Positions 1-13,600 of a stretch of DNA of 64,000 bases are shown one piece after another. A program made the position numbers and the translations under genes. How positions within the stretch are numbered: the first letter of the stretch is position 1; every line of letters begins with the position of its first letter. The DNA is from the human T2T-CHM13v2.0 reference genome, Homo sapiens, in NCBI RefSeq assembly GCF_009914755.1, contig NC_060938.1; one strand, given 5' to 3'. The notes beneath the pieces are model-generated. The model was not told the DNA's origin and did not search any database. It worked only from the letters and a program-made list of their open reading frames with translations.

Positions 1-3000
1 AATGGAATGGAGTGGAATGGAATGTAATGGAATGGAATTGAATGGAATATAATGGAATCAACCCGAGAGGAAAGGAATGGAATGGAATTGAGTGGAATGT
101 AATGTAATGTAAAGGAATGGAATGGAATCACCACGAATGGAATGGAACGGAATGGAATGGGATGGGATGGAATGGAATGGAATGGAAGTTAATCAACACG
201 AATGGAATGGAACGGAATGGAATGGAATGGAATGGAATGGAATGGAATGGAATAGAATGGAATGGAATCACCACGAATGGAATGGAATGGAATGGAATGG
301 GATGGGATGGAATGGAATGGAATGGAAGTTAATCAACACGAATGGAATGGAACGGAATGGAATGGAATGGAATGGAATGGAATGGAATGGAGTGGAATGG
401 AACGGGATGGAATGGAATGGAATAAACACCAGGAGAATGAAATGGATTGGAATGAAATGTAATGGAATGGAATGCAATGGAATGAAATCAACCCGAGTGG
501 AATGGAACGGAATGGAATTGAATGGAAAGGAATGAATGGAATGGAATGCTGTGGAATCAACACGAGAGGAATGGAATGGAATGGAATGGAAAGCAACGGA
601 ATGGAAAGAAATGGAATGGAATGATCCCGAATGGAATGCAATGGATTGGAATGCAATGGAATGGAATCAACCCGAGCGGAAAGGAATGGAATGGAATGGA
701 GTGGAATGGAATGGAATGGAGTGGAATGGAATGGAATGGAATGGAATGGAATCAACACGAATATAATGGAACGGAATGGAATGGGATGGGATGGAATGGA
801 ATGGAATGGAAGTTAATCAACACGAATGGAATGGAACGGAATGGAAAGGAATGGAATGGAATGAAATGGAAAGGAACGGAATGGAATCAACACGAGTGGA
901 ATGGAATGGAATGGAATGGAATCAACCCGAGTGGAATGAAATGGAATGCAATGCAGTGGGATGGAGTGGAGTCAACCCGAGTGGAATGGAATGGAATTGA
1001 ATGAAATGGAATGGATCGGAATGGAATCCAATGGAATCTACTGGAATGGAATGGAATAGAATGGAATAAATTCGGGTGGAGTGGAATGGAATGTAATGGA
1101 GTGGAATGGAATGGAATTTAGTGGAGTGGAATGGAATGGAATGGAATGGAAAGGAACGGAATGGAATCAACACGAGTGGAATGGAATGGAATGGAATGGA
1201 ATGGAATCAACCCCAGTTGAATTAACTGGAATGGAATGCAATGGGATGGAGGGGAATCAACCCGAGTGGAATGGAATGGAATGGAATGGGATGTAATGGA
1301 ATGGAATGGAATGGAATGGAATGGAATGAAATGGAATGGATCGGAATGGAATCCAATGGAATCAACTGGAATGGAATGGAATGGAATGGAATGGAACGGA
1401 ATGGAAACAACACGAATGGAATGGAACGGATTGTAATGGAAATGAATGGAATGGAATGGAATGGAATGGAATGGAATGGAATCAACCCAAGTGCAATGGA
1501 ATGGAATGGAATGCAATGGAATCCACCCGAGTGGAATGGAATGGAATGGAATGGAATGGAATGCAATGGAGTGGAATGGAACGGAATGGAGTGGAATGCA
1601 ATAAACATCAGGGGAATGAAATTGATTGGAATGAAGTGGAATGGAATGGAATGGAATGGAATGAAATCAACCAGAGTGGAATGGAACGGAATGGAATGGA
1701 ATGGAAAGGAATGAATGGAAAGGAATGGTGTGGAATCAACACGAAAGGAATGGAATGGAATGGAATGGAACGGAACGGAATGGAAAGGAATGGAATGAAA
1801 TGAACCCGAATGGAATGGAATGGAATGGATTGGAATGGAATGGAATGGAATCAACCCGAGCGGAAAGGAACGGAATGGAATAGAGTGGAATGTAATGTAA
1901 TGGAATGGAATGGAATGGAATCAACACAAATGTAATGGAACGGAATGGAATGGGATAGGATGGAATGGTATGGAATGGAAGTTAATCAACACGAATGGAA
2001 TGGAACGGAATGGAATGGAATGGATTGGAAAGGAATGGAATGGAATGGAATCAACCCGAGCGGAAAGGAATGGAATGGAAAGGAATGGAATGGAATCAAC
2101 CCGAATGGGATGGCATGGAATGGAATGGAATGGAATGGAATGGAATGGAATGGAATCAACCCAAGTGCAATGGATGGAATGGAATGCAATGGAATACACC
2201 CGAGTGGAATGGAATGGAATGGAATGGACTGGTATGGAATGCAATGCAATGGAATTCAATGGAGTGGAATGGAACGGAATAGAGTGGAATTGAATAAACA
2301 CCAGGGGAATGAAATGGATTGGAATGTAATGGAATGGAATGGAATGGAATGGAATGAAATCAACCTGAGTGGAATGGAACGGAATGGAATGGAATGGAAA
2401 GGAATGAATGGAATGGAATGGTGAGGAAACAACACGAGAGGAATGGAATGGAATGGAACGGAAAGGAATGGAAAGAAATGGAATGGAATGAACCCGAATG
2501 GAATGGAATGGATTGGAATGGAATGGAATGGAATCAACCCGAGCGGAAAGGAATGGAATGCAATGGAGTGGAATGGAATGTAATGTAATGGAATGGAATG
2601 GAATGGAATGGAATCATCACGAATGGAATGGAACGGAATGGAATGGGATGGGATGGAATGTATTGGAATGGAAGTTAATCAACACGAATGGAATGGAATT
2701 GAAAGGAATGGAATGAAATGGAATGGAATGGAATGGAATGAAATGGAAAGGAACGGATTGGAATCAACAGGAGTGGAATGGAATGGAACGGAATGGAATC
2801 AACACGAGTGGAATGAAATGGAATGTAATGCAATGGGATGGAGTGGAATCAACCCGAGTGGAATGGAATGGAATGGAATGGAATGGAATGAAAAGGAATG
2901 GAATGGAATGGAATGGAATGGAATGGAATGGAATGGAATGTTATGGAATGGAATGGAATGGAATGGATTAAATCCGGGTGTAGTGGAATGGAATGGAATG

Positions 3001-6000
3001 GAATGGAATGGAATGGAATGGAATTTAGTGGAATGGAATGGAATGGAATGTAAAGGAATGGAATGGAATCAACCAGAATGGAATGGAACGGAATGGAATG
3101 GAAAGGAATGGAAAGGAATGGAATGGAATAGAATGGAATGGAATGGAATGGAATCAACCCGAATGGGATGGCATGAAATGGAATGGAATGCAATGGAATG
3201 GAATGGAATGGAATGGAATCTCCCTAAGTGCAATGGAATGGAATGGAATGCAATGGAATCCACCCGAGTGGAATGGAATGGAATAGAAAGAAATCAACCC
3301 TAATGGAATTGAACGGAATGGAATGGAAAGGAATGGAATGGAATGGAATGGAATGGAATGGAATGGAATGGAATCAACCCGAATGGGATGCCATGGAATG
3401 GAATGGAATGGAATGGAATGGAATGGAATGGAATGGAATGGAATGGAATCAACACGAGTGGAATGGAATGGAAAGGAATGGAATCAACACGAGTGGAATG
3501 AAATGGAATGTAATGCAATGGGATGGAGTGGAATCAACCCGAGCGGAATGGAATGGAATGCAGTGGAAAGGAATGAAATGGAATGGATCGGAATGGAATC
3601 CAATGGAATCAACTGGAATGGAATGGTATGGAAGGGAATGGAATGGAATGGAATGGAATGGAATAAATCCGGGTGGAGTGGAATGGAATGTAATGGAGTG
3701 GAATATAATGGAATTTATTGAAATGGAATGGAATGGAATGGAATGGAACGGAATGGAATGGAATGAAATGGATTGGATCGGAATGGAATCCAATGGAATC
3801 AACTGGAATGGAATGGAATGGAATGGAATAAATCCGTGTGGAGTGGAATGGAATGTAATGGAGTGGAATGGAATGGAATGGAATGGAATGGAATGGAAAG
3901 GAATCAACCCGAATGGAATTGAACGGAATGGAATGGAAAGGAATGGAATGGAATGGAACGGAATGGAATCAACCCAAATGGGATGGCATGGAATGGAATG
4001 GAATGGAATGGAATGGAATGGAATCAACCCAAGTGCAATGGATGGAATGGAATGCAATGGAATCCACCCGAGTGGAATGGAATGGAATGGACTGGAATGG
4101 AATGGAATGCAATGGAATTCAATGGAGTGGAATGGAACGGAATAGAGTGGAATTGAATAAACACCAGGGGAATGAAATGGATTGCAGTGAAATGGAATGG
4201 AATGGAATGAAATCAAAGCGAATGGAATGCAACGGATTGGAATGGAATGGAAAGGAATGAATGGAATGGAATGGTGAGGAATCAACACGAAAGGAATGGA
4301 ATGGAATGGAACGGAACGGAATAGAAAGAAATGGAATGGAATGAACCCGAATGGAATGGAATGGATTGGAATGGAATGGAATGGAATCAACCCGAGCGGA
4401 AAGGAATGGAATGCAATGGAGTGGAATGGAATGGAATGGAATGGAATGGAATGGAATGGAATCATCACGAATGGAATGGAACGGAGTGGAATGGGATGGA
4501 ATGGAATGGAATGGAAATTAATCAACACGAATGGAATGGAATGGAAAGGAATGGAATGAAATGGAATGGAATGGTATGGAATGGAATGGAATTGAATGGA
4601 ATGGAATGAAATGGAAAGGAACGGAATGGAATCAACAGGAGTGGAATGGAATGGAAAGGAATGGAATCAACCCAAGTGGAATGAAATGGAATGTAATGCA
4701 ATGGGATGGAGTGGAATCAACCCGAGTGCAATGGAATGGAATGGAATGGAATGGAATGGAATGGAATGAAATGAAATGGAATGGATTGGAATGGAATCCA
4801 ATGGAATCAACTGGAATGGAATGGAATGGAATGGAATGGAATGGAATGGATTAAATCCGGGTGGAGTGGAATGGAATGTAATGGAGTGGAATGTAATGGA
4901 ATTTAGTGGAAGGGAATGGAATGGAATGGAATGAAATGGATTGGAACGGAATGGAATCCAATGGAATCAACTGGAATGGAATGGAATGGAATGGAATGAA
5001 ATGGAAAGGAACGGAATGGAATCAACACGAGTGGAATGGGATGGAACGGAATGGAATCAACCCGAGTGGAATGGAATGGAATGGAATGGAAAGGAATGGA
5101 ATGGAATAGAATGGAATGGAATGGAATGGAATGGAATCAACCCGAATGGAATGGCATGGAATGGCATTGAATGGAATACAATGGAATGGAATGGAATGGA
5201 ATGGAATGGAATGGAATGGAATCCACCCAAGTGCAATGGAATGGAATGGAATGCAATGGAATCCACCCGAGTGTAATGGAATGGAATGGAATGGAATGGA
5301 ATGGAATGGAATGGAATGGAATGGAATGGAGTGGAATGGAACGGAATGGAGTGGAATACAATAAACACCAGGGGAATGAAATGGATTGGAATGAAGTGGA
5401 ATGGAATGGAATGGAATGAAATCAACCCGAGAGGAATGGAACGGAATGGAATGGAATGGAAAGGAATGAATGGAATGGAATGGTGTGGAATCAACACGAG
5501 GGGAATGGAATGGAATGGAACGGAACGGAACAGAATGGAAAGGAATGGAATGGAATGAACCCGAATGGAATGGAATGGATTGGAATGGAATGGAATGGAA
5601 TCAACCCGAGCGGAAAGGAATGGAATGGAATGGAGTGGAATGTAATGGAATGGAATGGAATGGAATGGAATGGAATGGAATCAACACAAATGGAATGGAA
5701 TGGAATGGAATGGGATAGGATGGAATGGTATGGAATGGAAGTTAATCAACACGAATGGAATGGAACGGAATGGAATGGAATGGAATGGAAAGGAATGGAA
5801 TGGAATGGAATGGAATTAAATGGAAAGGAACGGAATGGAATCAACACGAGTGGATTGGAAAGGAATGGAATGGAATCAACAACAGTGGAATGAACTGGAA
5901 TGTAATGCAATGGGATGGAGTGGAATCAACACGAGTGGAATGGAATGGAATGGAATGGAATGGAAAGGAATGGAATGGAATGAAATGGAATGGATTGGAG

Positions 6001-8270
6001 TGGAATCCAATGGAATCAACTGGAATGGAATGGAATGGAATGGAATGGAATGGAATGGAATGCAATGGAATGGAATAAATCTGCGTGGAGTGGAATGGAA
6101 TGAAACGGAGTGGAATGTAATGGAATTTAGTGGAATGGAATGGAATGAAATGGAATGGAATGAAATGGATTGGATCGGAATGGAACCCAATGGAATCAAC
6201 TGGAATGGAATGGAACGGAATTGAATGGAATAAATCCGGGTGGAGTGGAATGGAATGTAATGGAGTGGAATGGAATGGAATTTAGTGCAATGGAATGGAA
6301 TGGAATGGAATGGAATGAAATGGATTGGATCGGAATGGAATCCAATGGAATCAACTGGAATGGAATGGAATGGAATAAATCCGGGTGGAGTGGAATGGAA
6401 TGTAATGGAGTGGAAAGGAATGGAATTTAATGGAATGGAATGGAAAGGAATGGAATGAAATGGAATGGAATGGAATCAACCCGAATGGGATGGCATGGAA
6501 TGAAATTGAATGGAATGGAATGGAATGGAATGGAATCAACACGAATGGAATGGAACGGAATGGAAAGCAATGGAATGGAATGGAATGGAAAGGAATGGAA
6601 TGGAATGGAAGGGAATCAACCCGAATGGGATGGCATGGAATGGAATTGAATGGAATGGAATGGAATGGAATGGAATGGAATGGAATGGAATCCACCCAAG
6701 TGCAATGGAATGGAATGGAATGCAATGGAATCCACCCGAGTGGAATGGAATGGAATGGAACGGAATGGAATGGAATGGAATGGAGTGGAATGGAACGGAA
6801 TGGAGTGGAATGGAATAAACACCAGGGAATGAAATGGATTGGAATGAAATGGAATGGAATGGAATGAAATCAACCAGAGTGGAATGCAACAGAATGGAAT
6901 TGAATGGAAAGGAATGAATGGAATGGAATGGGGTGGAATCAACACGAGAGGAATGGAATGGAATGGAATGGAAAGGAACGGAATGGAAAGCAATGGAAAG
7001 GAGTGAACCCGAATGGAATGGAATGGATCGGAATGGAATGGAATGGAATCAACCCGAGCGGAAAGGAATGGAATGCAATGGAGTGGAATGAAATGTAATG
7101 GAATGGAATGGAATGGAATAGAATCAACACGAATGGAATGGAATGGAATGGAATTGGATGGGATGGAATGGAATGGAATGGAAGTTAATCAACACGAATG
7201 GAATGGATCGGAATGTAATCGAATGAAATGGAATGGAATGGAATGAAATGGAAAGGAACGGAATAGAATCAACACGAGTGGAATGGAATGGAACGGAATG
7301 GAATCAACCCGAGTGGAAAGAAATGGAATGTAATGCAATGGGATGGAGTGGAATCAACCCGAGTGGAATGGAAAGGAATGGAATGGAATGGAATGGAATG
7401 GAATGGATTGGAATGGAATCCAATGGAATCAACTGGAATGGAATGGAATGGAATGGAATGGAATGGAATGGAATGGAATAAATCCGGGTGGAGTGGAGTG
7501 GAATGTAATGGAGTGGAATATAATGGAATTTAGTGGAATGGAATGGAATGGATTGGAATGGAATGAAATGGATTGGATCGGAATGGAAGGCAATGGAATC
7601 AACTGGAATGGAATGGAATGGAATGGAATGGAATAAATCCGGATTGAGTGGAATGGAATGTAATGGAGTAGAATGTAATGGAATTTAGTGGAATGGAATG
7701 GAATGGAAAGGAATCAACCCGAATGGAATGGAAAAGAATCGAATGGAAATAAATGGAATGGAATGGAAATAAATTGAATGGAATGGAATGGAATCAACCC
7801 AAGTGCAATGGAATGGAATGGAATGCAATGGAGCCACCCGAGTGGAATTGAATGGAATGGAATGGAATGGAATAAATCCGGGTGGAGTGGAATGGAATGG
7901 AATGGAGTGGAATGTAATGGAATTTAGTGGAATGGAATGGAATGGAATGGAATGGAGTGGAATATAATGGAATTTAGTGGAATGGAATGGAATGGACTGG
8001 AATGAAATGGATTGGAATGGAATGGAATGGAATCAACCAGAATGGAATGGAACGGAATGGAATGGAATGGAATGGAATGGAATGGAATAGAATGGAATGG
8101 AATCAACACGAATGACGTGGCATAGAATGGAATGGAATGGAATGGAATGGAATGGAATGGAATGGAATCAACCCGAATGGAATGGAACGAAATGGAAGGG
8201 AAATGAATGGAATGGAATGGAATGGAATTGAATGGAATGGAATCAAACCGAGCGGAAAGGAATGGAATGG
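1..8270 (+). repeat. Large duplication A, copy 1 (offset about 10.6 kb; runs off the left edge)
   Basis: Rare variants recur in the same order about 10.55-10.66 kb downstream: TATAAT 48/10655, GAATTC 2252/12889 and 4115/14767, GACGTGGCATAG 8114/18686. ORF-track peptides also match (e.g. 922/11534, 6904/17456). Confidence 0.93.
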
Positions 8271-10607
8271 AATGGAATGGAATGAAATGGAAAGGAATGG
8301 AATGGAATCAACACGAGTGGAATGCAACGGAACGGAATGGAATCAACCCGAGTGGAATGAAATGGAATGCAATGCAATGGGATGAAGTGGAATCAACCCG
8401 AGTGGAATGGAATGGAATGGAATGGAACGAAATGGAATGGATCGGAATGGAATCCAATGGAATCAACTGGAATGGAATGGAATGGAATAGAATGGAATGG
8501 AATGGAATGGAATGGAATGGAATGAAGTAAATCCGGGTGGAGTGGATTGGAATGTAATGGAGTGTAATGTAATGGGATTTAGTGGAATGGAATGGAATGG
8601 AATGGAATGGAATGAAATGGATTGGATCGGAATGGAATCCATTGGAATCAACTGGAATGGAATGGAATGGATTAAATCCGGGTGGAGTGGAATGGAATGT
8701 AATGGAGTGGAATGGAATGGATTTTACTGGAATGGAATGGAATGGAATGGAATGGAATGGAATGGAATGGTATAAACCCGAATGGAATGGAACGGAATCA
8801 ACCCGAATGGAATGGAACGGAATGGAATGGAAAGGAATGGAATGGAATGGAATGGAATGGAATGGAATGGAATGGAATCAACCCAAGTGCAATGGAATGG
8901 AATGCAATGCAATGGAATACACCCGAGTGGAATGGAATGGAATGGAATGGAATGGAATGGAATGGAATGGAGTGGAATGGAACGTAATGGAGAGGAATGG
9001 AATAAACACCAGGGGAATGAAACGGATTGGAATGAAACGGAATGGAATGGAATGGAATGGAATGGAATGGAATGGAGTGAAATCAACCCGAGTGGAATGC
9101 AACGGAATGGAATGGAATGGAAAGGAATGAATGGAATGGAGTGATGTGGAATCAACACAAGAGAAATGGAATGGAATGGAATGGAATGGAATGGAATGGA
9201 ATGGAATGGAACGGAATGGAAAGGAACGGAATGGAATGAACCCGAATGGAATGGAATGGATTGGAATGGAATGGAATGGAATGGAATGGAATGAACCCGA
9301 ATGGAATGGAATGGATTGGAATGGAATGGAATGGAATCAACCCGACCGGAAAGGAATGGAATGGAATGGAGTGGAATGGAATGAAATGGAATGGAATGGA
9401 ATGGAATGGAATCAACACGAATGGAGTGGAACAGAATGGAATGGGATGGGATGGAATGGAATGGAATGGAAGTTAATCAACACCAATGGAATGGAACGGT
9501 GTGGAATGGAATGGAATGGAAAGGAATGGAATAAACCCGAATGGAATGGAATGAATTGGAATGGAATCAACCCGACTGGAATGATATGGAATGAAATGCA
9601 ATGGGATGGAGTGGAATCAACCCGAGTGGAATGGAATGGAATGGAATGAAATGGAATGGATCGGAATGGAATCCAATGGAATCAACTGGAATGGAAAGGA
9701 ATGGAACGGAATGGAATGGAATGGAATAAATCAGGGTGGAATGGAATGGAATGTAATGGAGTGGAATGTAATGGAATTTAGTGGAATGGAAGGGAATGGA
9801 ATGGAATGGAATGGAAAGGAATGGAATGGAATGAAATGGATTGGATTGGAATGGAATCCAATGGAATCAACTGGAATGGAATGGAATGGAATGGAATGGA
9901 ATGGAATGGAATAAATCCGGGTGGATTGGAATGGAATGTAATGGAGTGGAATGGAATGGAATTTAGTGGAATGGAATGGAATGGAATGCAATGGAATGGA
10001 ATGGAATGGAATGGAATGGAATGGAATGGAATGGAATCAACCCGAATGGAATGGAACGGAATGGAATGGAAAGGAATGGAATGGAATGGATTCAACCCCA
10101 ATGGAATGGAACGGAATGGAATGGAAAGGAATGGAACGGAATGGAATGGAATCAACCCAAATGGGATGGCATGGAATGGAATTGAATGGAATGGAATGGA
10201 ATGGAATGGAATCAACCCAAGTGCAATGGAAAGGAATGGAATGCAATGGAATCCACCCGAGTGGAATGGAATGGAATGGAATGGAATGGAATGGAATGGA
10301 ATGGAATGGAGTGGAATGGAAAGGAATGGAGTGGAATGGAATAAACACCAGGGGAATGAAATGGATTGGAATGAATTTGAATGGAATCGAATGGAATGGA
10401 ATGAAATAAACCGAGTGGAATGGAACGGAATGGAATGGAATGGAATGGAAAGGAATGAATGGAATGGAGTGGTGTGGAATCAACACGAGAGGAATGGAAT
10501 GGTATGGAACGGAACGGAATGGAAAGGAATGGAATGGAATGAACCCGAATGGAATGGAATGGATTGAATTGGAATGGAATGGAATCAACACGAGCAGAAA
10601 GGAATGG

Positions 10608-13600
10608 AATGGAATGGAGTGGAATGGAATGTAATGGAATGGAATTGAATGGAATATAATGGAATCAACCCGAGAGGAAAGGAATGGAATGGAATTGAGT
10701 GGAATGTAATGTAATGTAAAGGAATGGAATGGAATCACCACGAATGGAATGGAACGGAATGGAATGGGATGGGATGGAATGGAATGGAATGGAAGTTAAT
10801 CAACACGAATGGAATGGAACGGAATGGAATGGAATGGAATGGAATGGAATGGAATGGAATGGAATAGAATGGAATGGAATCACCACGAATGGAATGGAAT
10901 GGAATGGAATGGGATGGGATGGAATGGAATGGAATGGAAGTTAATCAACACGAATGGAATGGAACGGAATGGAATGGAATGGAATGGAATGGAATGGAAT
11001 GGAATGGAATGGAATGGAATGGAGTGGAATGGAACGGGATGGATTGGAATGGAATAAACACCAGGAGAATGAAATGGATTGGAATGAAATGTAATGGAAT
11101 GGAATGCAATGGAATGAAATCAACCCGAGTGGAATGGAACGGAATGGAATTGAATGGAAAGGAATGAATGGAATGGAATGCTGTGGAATCAACACGAGAG
11201 GAATGGAATGGAATGGAATGGAAAGCAACGGAATGGAAAGAAATGGAATGGAATGATCCCGAATGGAATGCAATGGATTGGAATGCAATGGAATGGAATC
11301 AACCCGAGCGGAAAGGAATGGAATGGAATGGAGTGGAATGGAATGGAATGGAATGGAATGGAATCAACACGAATATAATGGAACGGAATGGAATGGGATG
11401 GGATGGAATGGAATGGAATGGAAGTTAATCAACACGAATGGAATGGAACGGAATGGAAAGGAATGGAATGGAATGAAATGGAAAGGAACGGAATGGAATC
11501 AACACGAGTGGAATGGAATGGAATGGAATGGAATCAACCCGAGTGGAATGAAATGGAATGCAATGCAGTGGGATGGAGTGGAGTCAACCCGAGTGGAATG
11601 GAATGGAATTGAATGAAATGGAATGGATCGGAATGGAATCCAATGGAATCTACTGGAATGGAATGGAATAGAACGGAATAAATTCGGGTGGAGTGGAATG
11701 GAATGTAATGGAGTGGAATGGAATGGAATTTAGTGGAGTGGAATGGAATGGAATGGAATGGAAAGGAACGGAATGGAATCAACACGAGTGGAATGGAATG
11801 GAATGGAATGGAATGGAATCAACCCCAGTTGAATTAACTGGAATGGAATGCAATGGGATGGAGGGGAATCAACCCGAGTGGAATGGAATGGAATGGAATG
11901 GGATGTAATGGAATGGAATGGAATGGAATGGAATGGAATGGAATGAAATGGAATGGATCGGAATGGAATCCAATGGAATCAACTGGAATGGAATGGAATG
12001 GAATGGAATGGAACGGAATGGAAACAACACGAATGGAATGGAACGGATTGTAATGGAAATGAATGGAATGGAATGGAATGGAATGGAATGGAATCAACCC
12101 AAGTGCAATGGAATGGAATGGAATGCAATGGAATCCACCCGAGTGGAATGGAATGGAATGGAATGGAATGGAATGCAATGGAGTGGAATGGAACGGAATG
12201 GAGTGGAATGCAATAAACATCAGGGGAATGAAATTGATTGGAATGAAGTGGAATGGAAATGAATGGAAAGGAATGAAATCAACCCGAGTGGAATGGAACG
12301 GAATGGAATGGAATGGAAAGGAATGAATGGAAAGGAATGGTGTGGAATCAACACGAAAGGAATGGAATGGAATGGAATGGAACGGAACGGAATGGAAAGG
12401 AATGGAATGAAATGAACCCGAATGGAATGGAATGGAATGGATTGGAATGGAATGGAATGGAATCAACCCGAGCGGAAAGGAACGGAATGGAATAGAGTGG
12501 AATGTAATGTAATGGAATGGAATGGAATGGAATCAACACAAATGTAATGGAACGGAATGGAATGGGATAGGATGGAATGGTATGGAATGGAAGTTAATCA
12601 ACACGAATGGAATGGAACGGAATGGAATGGAATGGATTGGAAAGGAATGGAATGGAATGGAATCAACCCGAGCGGAAAGGAATGGAATGGAAAGGAATGG
12701 AATGGAATCAACCCGAATGGGATGGCATGGAATGGAATGGAATGGAATGGAATGGAATGGAATGGAATGGAATGGAATGCAATGGAATGGAATCAACCCA
12801 AGTGCAATGGATGGAATGGAATGCAATGGAATACACCCGAGTGGAATGGAATGGAATGGAATGGACTGGTATGGAATGCAATGCAATGGAATTCAATGGA
12901 GTGGAATGGAACGGAATAGAGTGGAATTGAATAAACACCAGGGGAATGAAATGGATTGGAATGTAATGGAATGGAATGGAATGGAATGGAATGAAATCAA
13001 CCTGAGTGGAATGGAACGGAATGGAATGGAATGGAAAGGAATGAATGGAATGGAATGGTGAGGAAACAACACGAGAGGAATGGAATGGAATGGAACGGAA
13101 AGGAATGGAAAGAAATGGAATGGAATGAACCCGAATGGAATGGAATGGATTGGAATGGAATGGAATGGAATCAACCCGAGCGGAAAGGAATGGAATGCAA
13201 TGGAGTGGAATGTAATGTAATGTAATGGAATGGAATGGAAGGGAATGGAATCATCACGAATGGAATGGAACGGAATGGAATGGGATGGGATGGAATGTAT
13301 TGGAATGGAAGTTAATCAACACGAATGGAATGGAATTGAAAGGAATGGAATGAAATGGAATGGAATGGAATGGAATGAAATGGAAAGGAACGGATTGGAA
13401 TCAACAGGAGTGGAATGGAATGGAACGGAATGGAATCAACACGAGTGGAATGAAATGGAATGTAATGCAATGGGATGGAGTGGAATCAACCCGAGTGGAA
13501 TGGAATGGAATGGAATGGAATGGAATGGAAAGGAATGGAATGGAATGGAATGGAATGGAATGGAATGGAATGGAATGGAATGATATGGAATGGAATGGAA

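Noticed and set aside
48-53. TATAAT / AATAAA hexamers resembling a -10 box, TATA or polyA signals
   Set aside because: These are one- or two-base variants of GGAAT pentamers repeated with the satellite unit. There is no supporting promoter or gene context.
185-195. GAAGTTAATCA as a DUX4 site
   Set aside because: It shares the AATCA half but mismatches the TAAY half of the DUX4 consensus (TAAYBBAATCA) at two positions, so it is not supportable as a site.
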